Of a stretch of 64,000 nucleotides of DNA, positions 26,870 to 38,731 are shown in pieces. The position numbers and the translations under genes are program-made. The notes below the pieces were generated by a model that was not told the origin of the DNA, did not search any database, and was given only the letters and a program-made list of their open reading frames with translations. Within the stretch, counting starts at the first letter, position 1, and every line of letters starts with the position of its first letter. This DNA comes from Octopus sinensis (lineage: Eukaryota): contig NC_043013.1 in assembly GCF_006345805.1 (NCBI RefSeq), positions 45,694,001 through 45,758,000 on the forward strand, read 5' to 3'.

Positions 26870-27865
26870 AGAGTTTATGAAAAAAAAACAAAAGACGAAG
26901 ACAGGTGGTGTACAAAACAAACAGATGTATTAGTATAATGCTCAGGAATAGAAAAAGTCTTTTACGTTTCGAGCCTACGCTCTTTTACAGAAAGGGGCAC
27001 AGAAAAAACAAGGAGAGAAAAAAAATGTGTGTAGTGCAAAATCTCCTAAAACACAGAATTAGGCAAAACAGAACCATCTCTTTATTATCAACCCAAGAAG
27101 TAATGTAATACAAGAAAACCAATGAGACAGTGTAAGGAGCCTGAATCGTTAATTTTGTTAGAATCTTCCAGAATCATACTAGGATGATGCTCTTATTGAA
27201 CTATTTTGTTTGATTTATTCAATTCTCTCAGCTTCTATCAATTAGATTCCTCACCATCTTTTCTTTCTTCTTGGATACCATTCTTCAGTTGGTGTCTCTC
27301 TAGCTTCTTGACTAATTTTTCCTGGCCTTATCTTTATTTGAAAAAAAACAGGGACATATTCAAAAGTGATCCTTTATTAAAGGATGCACTGCTGGAAGAT
27401 AATTCTTTCTGTTGTAGGCATAAGACCTGAAACTTTTGGGGTGGAGACTAGTTGATTACACCATCCCCAGTACTTGACCAGCACTTATTTCATTTGTCCT
27501 GGAAGGTTGAAAGGCGAAGTTGACCTTGGTGGAATTTGAACTCAGAACGTAAAGACAGATGAAATGCCACAAAGCAGTTTGTCAGGCTTGCTAACAATTC
27601 TGCCATCTTACTTCTTGGATATAACGACAAGAATATTGTTATTCGTGAAAGAGGTGGAGTAATAGAGACTCTCTCACTGCATGATTTGTCAGGGTGCCTG
27701 ACATCTCCAGATGAAATAGTTAAGCTTACAGAGTCAGACTACCAATAGCTGATTCAGTAGAGCATCGCAATAACACTCATTTAGATCTCATTCTTCATTC
27801 CATGACAATACTGTTTCTCAAGCGGGAGATTCTTTAATTAACAACCATAGTGGTATTATTATTGA

Positions 27866-28285
27866 TGGCGGCAAGCTGGCAGAATCGTTAGCACGCCGGG
27901 CGAAATGCGTAGCTGTATTTCGTCTGCTGTTACATTCTGAGTTCAAATTCTGCTGAGGTCGACTTTGCCTTTCATCCTTTCGGAGTCGATAAATTAGGTA
28001 CCAGTTACGCACTGTGATCGATGTAATCGACTTAATCCGTTTGTCTGTCCTTGTTTGTCCCCTCTGTTTTTAGCCCCTTGTGGGTAGTAAAGAAATAGGT
28101 ATTTCATCTGCCGTTACGTTCTGAGTTCAAATTCCACCAAGGTCGACTTTGCCTTTCATCCTTTCGGGGTCGATAAATTAGGTACCAGTTACGCACTGGG
28201 GTCGATGTAATCGACTTAATCCGTTTGTCTGTCCTTGTTTGTCCCCTCTGTGTTTAGCCCCTTGTGGGTAATAAAGAAATAGGTA
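27866..28285 (+). mobile_element. SINE family A dimer
   Basis: Two units joined at AAGAAATA|GGTATTTC. Confidence 0.85.
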
Positions 28286-29436
28286 TCATTCCACAAAGTC
28301 CTGCTCTACCTGTCCCCCCGATTAATAAACTTCATCATTCAAAGAGAAAAGTTTAATTTGTGAGTTTATTACTAATGCTGAATTGTATAAACAACAAAAT
28401 CTAATATCAGATTGGGGTTATACTAAAACTGTTAACTTTGACTAAATTTACGATCCCATGATATTTATTTTCCTATTTTTCTGAAAGAAAAGAAACTGAT
28501 TCCTACTTTCCTTTAATAATTGATCTATCACCTGCCTGGCAAGTTCTCTCCCTTACTTAAGTTGGCTGTTTAATTGTATTAATTACATCATTTATTTCTT
28601 TAATAAAGTTTTTGATATATGATTGTCTTACAGTAATTTCTTATGATACAAACCATTGCTAATTAGAAAATTCCTAAGACTATGCTAATTTTAGAGTATG
28701 TATTAGATTGGGTTTCATTTTTAAAATATGGGAAATAAAAGTTCCTTAAACTAATTTTAGACTAAACCCGCGATCCTCCAGAGTGGGTAAATAACTCCCA
28801 TTCTTGTAAGAAGGCCCCAAAAGTCTTCTAAATAATGTTTTGGAAAAAATGTTTTATAAATATCGCCACGACTCAGATGAAAAAAATCTACAAGGCAGTG
28901 CCACAGCATGGCCGCAGTCATGAAATAAATAAAGGATATCGTTACGGAGTACCAAATGAGGTTACTGTCCCTGCGTGTTATAGGAAGAGTTGGCGATAGG
29001 AAAAGCATCGGGCCATAAAACACTTCTTGAAAGTTTTGTCTAACCCGTGCCGACAGGGAAAAGCGAACACAAAACGCTGATGATGATTAGTAATAACAAG
29101 GAGGGAAGCGACGGTCGCTAGAACTAGCAGTCGAATGTCCTTCAATCACACAAAGGGATTAACAATTATTTTGAAATCGCGACGCATTGGAGCCGAAGCA
29201 AAAACATTATTGGAGCATTTTGTACGGAAATTAGAAGCGCACTGCAAGTTTTAAAAACAACAGCTGTTTTTAAAGCTAAACATTGAAAGAAAACTACAGA
29301 AAGCTATTGTTTACTTTATACTAATTGATTATAATTCCTCATCACAAACTCACGAACAACACGCTTTTTTTTCTTAATTCTGGAAGATAGATTTTCTAAA
29401 AGCTTTTAATTACATTTTTATAAATCCGCAGCTCAC

Positions 29437-29477
29437 CTAGACACGCCTAGCTGCGCAACAGAGCGCTGCGGAGCCAT
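29437..29477 (-). CDS. Candidate alternative first coding exon (MAPQRSVAQLGVS-R) inside SELENOO intron 1
   Basis: AAACG-ATG-G strong Kozak context, 41 nt to AG|GTGAGC donor; phase 2 matches SELENOO exon 2; sits in a locally CpG-richer patch. Confidence 0.4.
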
Positions 29478-29881
29478 CGTTTGAGAACAAGTCCTAATAA
29501 TTTAGGACACATTAAATCCTCTTCGCCAATAATAAACAAAGACGAGGTGGTCACCGCTTTAAAACCTTTAAATGACAAGGTCAACAGAAATAAACAACGA
29601 CTTGTTTTTCTCTCATCAGAAGGGCTTTGTTCTATGCCACTTCTCCCCATGTCATACAAACGTATTTTAAACTCATTAACTTCACTGTTTATTGTTTGTC
29701 GACACAGACCACCGTCAGCTTACCATGTTCACTCGTAACAATACCAAGTATCTTTGAATAGATATTCCGTCACTGGTAAAATGACTATATAATTCGCTAA
29801 TTACTTTTCGGCGATCTTTCGTCTCTAGTAGACCTTTCCGTCGATTACACAACATACTGTCTGTCTCCCACACCCCATTAA

Positions 29882-29912
<31 letters not shown>

Positions 29913-30256
29913 CATCAATGCTCCCATGCACGGTAACTTCAAAAGAACTTCCCTCGTCATACAATCGCTTTCTCTTAGTCTCTTTCACTCTCATTACTTC
30001 AAAAGTTCCCGCAAGCCCATATGTAAAAGAAAAAAAAAATTTTTACGGAAATCGACGGAAAGGTCTACTAGAGACGAAAGATTGCCTACATTTCTTTTGT
30101 AAATTACTTTTACAACTGTTGAATTTATTATAACTTAATATTGAATACTATGGTTTCTAAAAAAAAAGGTTTGACAGATGAATAAAAAAAAAACAATAGG
30201 GAAAGAGATTCGTTCAGAAGTTATATAACTTTATAATAAAGTGCTTTGATACTTAC

Positions 30257-30786
30257 ATAGCAGCTCCGTCTCCGAGTTGACCCGAAAATAGACCAAACTG
30301 ATACCCGCAATAGCAATGGGCAGCTGGTTCCGAACCCTTCATTATTTTATTTCCACTGAAATATTCCACGGCCTCATTTGTCTCAATGTCCTCAACACTT
30401 AACCCCAGCAGGGCTAAAGCAGACGAAGAATAAGCAACCATCACCGGGTTCTCGACAGGGGTCGGTTGTGCCTTGGAAAAACACGCATTAGGAACGGGTC
30501 TTTGCGTTTTCACATCGTCCGAAGGATCAAACGGCAGGCACTTGAGTGCCTGGTTATCGAAATTCAGCTGCCTCATCCTAAGTTCTTTCTGGGGTTGACA
30601 TGAACAAAAATATGCAATAGCAGTGTGTAGCGACTTGATAGTATTGAGCGATACAAACGGACAAGTTTTAGCAGCCGCAGGGTCTTGTTCTTGTGAGAGG
30701 CAGCAGTAACAGGGTTCAGTTTTGCTCAAGAAGCATATCCGGACGTTCCGTATCGGCCTCAACCGTGTCAAACAGCGCCCAAACAT
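30257..30786 (-). CDS. SELENOO: Selenoprotein O (protein adenylyltransferase SelO) coding exon 1
   Basis: ATG at 30786; Arg-rich, acid-free N-terminus MFGRCLTRLRPIRNVR (mitochondrial presequence-like); then LNFDN...HCYCGYQFGLFSGQLGDGAA typical of SelO; donor AT|GTAAGT; 530 nt, ends phase 2. Confidence 0.95.
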
Positions 30787-31364
30787 GCAGGAAACTAATG
30801 GCGTTTAACCAATAAACAGAACGTTTTAAGCAAGACCTTGACTCAAGAATTACCTCCCTTGCTTTGTTATTAGCCACTCTAATTAGCTGCCAGCTGTTTT
30901 AAAGGAAGACGGTGTTAATTACGTAAACACCCATTTGGCCGGTGGCTTCAGATATTCAACGTTGAATTAACGTTTCTTTAGACTTAACCCTTTCGTTACC
31001 AACCCGGCTAAAACCGGCTTTGGCTCTGTAGTATAAATGTCTTAATAATAATAATAATAAACATTGTGTACAGTGCTCAGGTGCACTACAACTCATCTAA
31101 AGTGCATATATAATCAGGTGTAGTTTCGACGGATTTCGGAAAGCATGAGGGCCTTAAAGGATACAGTGTCATGGCAGTCAACAACTGACACAGTCTTCTT
31201 TTCATAAGTGTTCAATTAAAATCTTCCACTAAATCTTAGTCACAATTTATGTTCCTAAACACTAGCTTAATGATAACTAAGTTATTTTACTAAATTCTTT
31301 GTTATATTTAAAATAATTGAAAGAAACACATATCATCTCAAAATAAATCCGGTAGCAAAAGGGA

Positions 31365-31575
31365 GGCGATCCTTCGGTATAAGTACACACGTGGCTTTGT
31401 TTACATTTCTGAAGATAACAGAAACCCTTTTCTCCCACCCCTAACCCTAATCATAACCCTAATCCTAACACAAACCCTAACCCTAATCGTAACCCCCCAT
31501 ATATAAAAAAAAAACAACAACACTTTCTTGAAATGTATCCGGTACTTTCACCGGTACTTGTACCGAAATTACGCC
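31365..31575. mobile_element. Small MITE with internal (CCCTAA)n-like repeats
   Basis: Imperfect TIRs GGCG....TTCGGTA.AAGTAC at both ends; degenerate CCCTAA array at 31438-31497. Confidence 0.6.
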
Positions 31576-32466
31576 GACTTAAATATTCTGGCTTGAAGAA
31601 AAGACTATGTTTTCTACGCTTCGAGGAAATTGAGCGAATTCGTGGCAACATAGAATTTTTTCTAAGCTGTAATTAGTAAAATGTCTAAGTGCAGATGTAA
31701 TTTATGTTGATTAGAAAAGAAAAGGGACGCTGAAAAAGTAACGAACTTTTAAACGTTAATGTTAATTCTTTATTTTTATTGTTAGTTTCATGTGTTTTAA
31801 ATGCAAGTTACTCTTTATTCTTTTTACTCTTTTACTTGTTTCAGTCATTTGACTGCGGCCATGCTGGAGCACCGCCTTTAGTCGAGCAACTCGACTCCGG
31901 GACTTATTCTTCTTGTAAGCCCAGTACTTATTCTATCGGTCTCTTTTTGTCGAACCGCTAAGTGACGGGGACGTAAACACACCAGCATCGGTTGTCAAGC
32001 AATGCTAGGGGAACAAACACATACACACACACATATATATATATATATACATGTATACGACAGGCTTCTATCAGTTTCCGTCTACCAAATCCACTCACAA
32101 GGCATTGGTCGGCCCGGGGCTATAGCAGAAGACACTTGCCCATGATGCCACGCAGTGGGACTGAACCCGGAACCATGTGGTTGGTTAGCAAGCTACTTAC
32201 CACACAGCCACTCCTGCGCCTATTACGTTTTGTTCCAAAGAAATGAAATATAGGAATATATAGGGATTATCTCTAGGAATTGCAGGCTCACTTGTAAAAG
32301 TTTTTCATGAGAACCAGTTGGGTAACAACCAAGGTTCAGAAATGGGAAACCCGAAAATGTGATTACATGGATATAGTCTAAGTTATATTACTATCCAATT
32401 ATATGTTATTGGATTGTATGAACCTTTTCCATATGATAATACACTAATTCCTGTGCAGTAATAATG

Positions 32467-32890
32467 GGATCTTTTCGGTTTGAACGGCAATTTTTTCTAG
32501 CGGTATCATATGAAATTGTCACCCATAATTATGACCCTAGTATCGATCTATTGCATTTCAATCTGTTTTAGAGTTAGGGCTAAGGTTAGGGGTAGGGGGA
32601 AGGGTATCTTTTTTTCTTCACAAATGTAAATAAACCCAATCTGTTTCTTAAACGAGGGACATATTCATACGGCACAGAATGTTTTTTTTTACCTCAATAG
32701 ACGTCATTGATTGGTTGAAATTGCAGAAATTGAAGAAAAAACAACAAATATCTTACAAACTATAGAATTTTCTCAATAAAGGCAAGAGAAAAAGATGTTT
32801 TATAAACACATTCTACCAGTATACAAAGTTTAAAAGTGTTCAGTTATGTGGAAATTATGTTAAAAACTGCTGTTCAAACCGAGAAGATCC
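32467..32890. mobile_element. MITE with 23-24 bp TIRs (GGATCTTTTCGGTTTGAACGGCA)
   Basis: TIRs with 2 mismatches, TAA-like flanks (PIF/Harbinger-like), internal TTAGGG-like repeats. Confidence 0.7.
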
Positions 32891-33594
32891 TAATAATGCA
32901 CTTAGGGATAAGTATTAACTACCTTCATATGATGTTCCTGACTTGTATATCTTCTAAATAAATATGGCTTAACAGAATCCTCCTCCTCCTGGTGGTGATG
33001 ATGGTGATGATGATGATGTCGACAAAATTATTTTACAAAATTTTAAATTATTTTTTTCAAATTAAATTTAAAAAAAGCCAGGTATTTGAACTGAACAGTT
33101 CTATATTTAAGAGATGAGGAATTATTTACATTATTTACATTTGACGGATATTTATGCTCATCTTGTTTGTTGTTAACACAGTGTTTCGGTTGATATACCT
33201 ACCAGCCTTCATCAGGTGTCTTGGGGAAATTTCGAACCTGGGTTCTCATTCCTTAGGTATTTTTCGATGTTATTATTATTATTATTCAAACAAGATGAGG
33301 ACAAGTATCCATCAAATGTAAATAATGTGCTTTAGCTACTATCTTTGGCAGGTTAGGAGTGGGTGTTGAAGGAATCCTGGAGGTATTGTTAAATGACAGT
33401 GGAATTTGTCAGCTCTAGACATGTCTAAATCTGCCAAAATACCCACCTGTCCAATAACTCTGGGTTCAGTCCCACTGCATGGGACTGTATCTGCTATTTT
33501 AGCTTCACACTGACCAAAGTCCTGAGAGTCAATTTGGTAGACAGAAACTGAAAGAAGCCCCCATTGTGTGTGTAAGTGTATGCATATATATATA

Positions 33595-33627
<33 letters not shown>

Positions 33628-34450
33628 AAGTTAATCCAAACATGAAAGCACAAAAAAACACAACAACGCGAGGATGTGGAACAAATATAGTATTATTGGA
33701 CGCTCAGAAAAGAAGGAGGGTTTAACGTTTTGAGCAGAGCTCTTCGTCGGAAGCATAGGAGAAGGAAAGATCCAGAGAAGGGAAGACAGGAAAAAAAATT
33801 GCCAACGGTACACACGAGGTCTAGAGAAGAACCACCATGTAGCAATTCAACAATGATATACTTAAATCATACCATGTAGAAAAAAATGAAAGAAACGATA
33901 AAACACTTACCTAGAACTAAATAAAGTACGAAATAATAAATAAATAGTATATAATTAGTAATATACTAATATACTAAATAGTATGTAATTAGTATATACT
34001 AATTATATACTATTTATTTATTATTTAGTACCTTATTTAGTTCTAAGTAAATGTTTTATCGTATCTTTAATTTTTTTTCTATATGGTATGATTGTTGAAT
34101 CATGGTGATACTACTCTAATTTATATACATGTATTATATATTGTGAAATTTGATTTAGAATTACTAAATTGAATTTTTCCCTGTAAGTTTGGAATCCTAT
34201 TCCCTAACATTATTATTATTATTATTATTTTTTTTTTTTTTTTTCTTCTTCTTTCAAATTTGCTTCCATTTCTTGCCGAGCGTCTTCCCGACTCCTAGGG
34301 CAAAGAAACTCATAGTATACATTGGTAGGCCATTAAACCAAACTCAATAGTTCGTTCATTTTTTTTTTTTTTTTTTAAGGTTAAATTAAAATACATGGGC
34401 AGCAACAGCTCTCACGGCGACAATGCTCTTCTCAATACGTGTGATGTACC

Positions 34451-34594
34451 AGTTAAGACAATCTTTTGCACTTCTTGCAGGGATGGTAAGCCAGGGATCA
34501 TTCTCATATAATTTTCGGTTCCCTTCTTGAAAATTATATGAGAATGATCCCTGGCTTACCATCCCTGCAAGAAGTGCAAAAGATTGTCTTAACT
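34451..34594. repeat. Perfect inverted repeat (66-bp arms, 12-nt loop)
   Basis: 34451-34516 is the exact reverse complement of 34529-34594. Confidence 0.95.
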
Positions 34595-34622
34595 TATTAT
34601 TATTATTATATTATTATTATTA

Positions 34623-34660
<38 letters not shown>

Positions 34661-35895
34661 TCATAGGTCTGGTGCTTCTTCTATTTAGTAATCTACTAAG
34701 TCACAGAGAGGTAAACAAATCAATACTTGTCATAAGGGAGTGAGATACTAACCGAAGATGCGTGGCTGAGTGGTTAGGGTATTCGGCTCATTATCATAAG
34801 GTCATGAGTTCAATTCCTGGCGATGTGTTGTGTTCTTGAGTAAGATAGTTTATTTCACTTTGCTCCAGTCCACTCAACTGGCAAAAATGAGTTGTACCTG
34901 TATTCCAAAGGGCCAGCCTTGTTACACTTGTGTCACACTGTATCTCCCTGAGAACTGTGTTAAGGGCACATGTGTCTGTGGAGTGCTCAGCCACTTTCAT
35001 GTTAATTTCATGAGCAAGGCTGTTCTGTTGATCAGATCAGCTGAAACTCTCTTTGTTGTAACCAATGGACAGCTAGTAAATAAATAAATATATATATATT
35101 CAGTCGCCATGATAGATCGGTAGCCACTATACACATTTTTTTCTCTCCTTGTTTTTCCTGTGTCCCTTTCTGTAGAAGAGCGTAGGCTCGAAACGTAAAA
35201 TACTTTTTCTATTCCTGAGCATTATACTAATACATCTGTTTGTTTTGTACACTACCTGTCTTCGTCTTTTGTTTTCTTCGTGAACTCTCCCCCTATATCT
35301 CTCTCTATATAAACGGCAGTTTGTCTGTGCGTTTTCTGTGTGTCTGTTTTCTCGTACCCTCACTCTGACCACGGCTTTCAACCGATTCTGATGAAACTTG
35401 ACACACACATAGCCCAATGTCATAATTCAAAACTAACGCAGCGAAAATTTTGAAAAGTTCCCCCAGTTCTGAAAAAAATCGATAAATTCGACATGGGGTC
35501 GAGAATCAGAAACCCAAACCACAGACCGTCTAGGGGACGCAACTCCACCTTTTTTAACTCTCAAAAAAAATTTACCATCATTTTTTTCCCATTTTTTTGC
35601 TATTTTTTGGCTATAACTCTCTAAAAATGCTTTATAGTTATTTCCCTTACAAACCTGAGCAACGCCGGGCGATACTGCTAGTATATATATATAATGTGAC
35701 CTCGTGTGTACTGTTGGTGATTTTTTTCCCTCTGTCTTCCCTTCTCTGGATCTTTCCTTCTCCTATGTTTCCAACGAAGAGCTCCGCTCGAAATGTTAAA
35801 CCCTCCTTCTTTCCTTCTTTTCTGAGCGTCCAATAATACTATATTTGTTCCACGTCCTCACGTTGTTGTGTTTTTTTGTGCTTTCTTGTTTGGAT

Positions 35896-36016
<121 letters not shown>

Positions 36017-36194
36017 CAATAAGAAAATGGAGGGGATGAATTGGTGGTTCATCAACTTTTAGACATAATATTATGTCAACTTATTTATTTATTTACTAAA
36101 CTGACAATTACAAGAATATACATACATGTATAACATATTATGCTATACATATAAAATATATTAATATATATATACCAGTAATTATTAAAATATA

Positions 36195-36261
<67 letters not shown>

Positions 36262-36764
36262 CAAATTAGTAAATAAATGGCACAACAAAGTACCGATATT
36301 TACTGGAAATAGCGAACGTAAAAATATGACGCTAAAGTGTAGCTTCACCGCGTATGTATTAGTAAAAATGCGTGTGTGCAACAAAATAGAGAAAAAAACC
36401 GTCTTACCTCCAGGGAGAACATCTGAAAGATGAAACACCCGGAAAATGGATAATGTGGTACCTGCAGGTTTCAGGTTTTGCAAGATATGTCTCTCACCCA
36501 TATTTGCTTTACCTTCTTCAGCCAAACATATACCAAGACGAAACTACGATGTTACCACATAAATACTAACACACTCGACTGAAATACGGAACGCTAACAG
36601 TACGAGAAACGGTGAAGAAGTTTCAAAATATCAGTAATGCAATACAAAGTATTGCCTTCCAGTAAAAAGTAGCCCGTGAGGGAAAAATACAAATTAGTAA
36701 ATAAATGGCACAACAAAGTACCGATATACACATATATACACACATACATACACAGAGACATATT

Positions 36765-36800
<36 letters not shown>

Positions 36801-37629
36801 TGTGAGTACCATTGTGTCTATGTTCATCTACCTCCACCACTTGATAACTGTTGTTGGTTTGTTTATGTCCTTGTAAGTCAGCAGTTTGGTAAAAGAGACT
36901 GATAAAATAAGCACCAGGCTTTAAAAAAAAAAAAAGTATTGGTGCTCCAGCATGGCCACAGTTGAATGACTGAAACTAGTAAAAGATAAAAGATCTGTAT
37001 ATTAGTATTATGTTATTTAGGTATTCTTATAAGGTGGGCGAGCTGGCAGAATCATTAGCACGCCGGGCAAAATGCGTAGCCGTATTTCGTCTGCCGTTAC
37101 GTTCTGAGTTCAAATTCCACTGAGGTTGACTTTGCCTTTCATCCTTTCAGGGTCGATTAAATAAGTACCAGTTATGCACTGGGGTCGATATAATCGACTT
37201 AATCCGTTTGTCTATCCTTGTTTGTCCCCTCTGTGTATAGCCCCTTGTGGGCAGTAAAGAAATAAGTATGCTAAAGATTGGATGTAATATCTTGTGGGCA
37301 ATAAATATAAAATAAAGTTTATTATAAACAAGGTTATCCACCATCTTTCCAACAACAACCTTGGGCACTTTTTTGAATTCCATGACAAACACTCGCAGAC
37401 ATGCTTTTAAAATTAAAAAACAACACAGCACCCATTACTTTCAGAAGCACTTTTTCATGCTCAGAATTGCTGAAGTATGGAATAAACTAACTGCATCAGT
37501 TGTTAGCTGTCGAGACATTACGTCCTTCAAAACTTTCATGTTTCTGAAATCCGCCAAGAGTACACCCTGTGGTTTTTGTTTCTTTTTTTTTTTAAGATGT
37601 AGTGCACCTTAGCACTGTTTACAACAATT

Positions 37630-38183
37630 TCTGGATCTTTTCGGTTTGGTTGCCAGCAGCCCCCAAAATTAAAGTTTACTGAAAATTGCTCATCGTCTCT
37701 TTTTAACCAAATCCAGTGGCTAGCCTTCTCCACTGTAGTTTGGATATCAGTCATGGTGGTATTTACTTTACGATGAGTTAGGCCTAGCGATAACAACAGT
37801 CATCTCACACTGTGTCCAACAAACATTCTACATCCAACTTCGATTGGAAAATGCTCTGCTTTCCTGACTGTGTCTTCACCTTCTTCGAGGAGGTTTACAT
37901 AATGGTCTATCTTTTGAGCCATAGTGGAATCCATGTTACCTTCATGAGGAACCGTTAACTCGACTAGATTTACAACTTTCCTTCTTTCACACCACATCAA
38001 AATGTCTGTTTTTTTCGTAACTGGGATGGGAAAGAATCCCTGGCACCCAGGTAAATCTGCAGTTACCTCCCAATAGCCATTCCACTTTTCATCTCTCACA
38101 GGAAGTTTCTTGTTCTTCTTCTTGAAACGGATCTGCTGACCTGAGCACACGAAGGTAATGGAATCTCTAGTTGGTACTTTCAA
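37630..38183 (-). mobile_element. Non-LTR element fragment with restriction-like endonuclease domain (Hero/NeSL-like)
   Basis: TDILMWC..KVVNLVELTVPHEGN...K..HYVNL...FPIEVGCRMFVG. Confidence 0.75.
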
Positions 38184-38663
38184 TTTAATAAGATCTAATC
38201 ATGAGTAAGTGAAATTATGCTAAATACAACTAAATTGAAAACCTTTTCCCCCTGGCCATATTGGCAATTCTGAAAACTTTTGGGTGTGAATTTTACATGA
38301 GTAGAAGCATTTTTTTATATAAATTTTATCCTGAAAATCACCTGCATAAATTACACAGGTGTGCAAATTACATGGGTTTTTATGGTAATCCAAACTTTAG
38401 TACATTACTCAGAAATATAACATGTTAGAAAGATAAGGTATGTTAATATGATACTCTCTTTTACTTGTTTCAGTCATTTGACTGCAGCCATGCTGGAGCA
38501 CTGCCTTCAGTTGAGCAAACCGACCCCAGGACTTATTCTTTGTAAGCCCAGTACTTATTCTATCGGTCTCTTTTTGCTGAACAGCTAAGTTACAGGGACG
38601 TAAGCACACCACCATCGGTTGTCAAGTGATGTTGGGGGTACAAACACAGACACACAAACATAT

Positions 38664-38731
<68 letters not shown>

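Larger units (their letters stand above)
22902..28420 (+). pseudogene. Decayed protein-coding sequence antisense within SELENOO intron 1, tentatively FAAP100-like
   Basis: Protein-like frames with scattered stops and frameshifts between SINE insertions, e.g. ILQEPVTVFKNMKADTE (24.6 kb), LVGVLLQGQCSVTFYSC...*PSIELQDASTAVECLY (25.1-25.3 kb), IIRWIKQLFSVVGTPND (26.5 kb), NLLKHRIRQNRTISLL (27.05 kb), LGYNDKNIVIRERGGVIETLSL (27.6 kb); TSD-flanked insertions split the frames. Confidence 0.45.

Noticed and set aside
23100-27330. Minus-strand readings of intron 1 fragments (ORFs 23100-23528 and 25371-25772, EKLVKKLERHQ...) as a nested same-strand gene
   Set aside because: Phases do not chain consistently, and the plus-strand frames give a better collinear protein-like signal
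28757-29023. 88-aa minus-strand ORF as an exon following the 29437 donor
   Set aside because: Its open frame needs a phase-1 junction but the donor is phase 2; the 5' half overlaps SINE-like sequence; no recognisable motif
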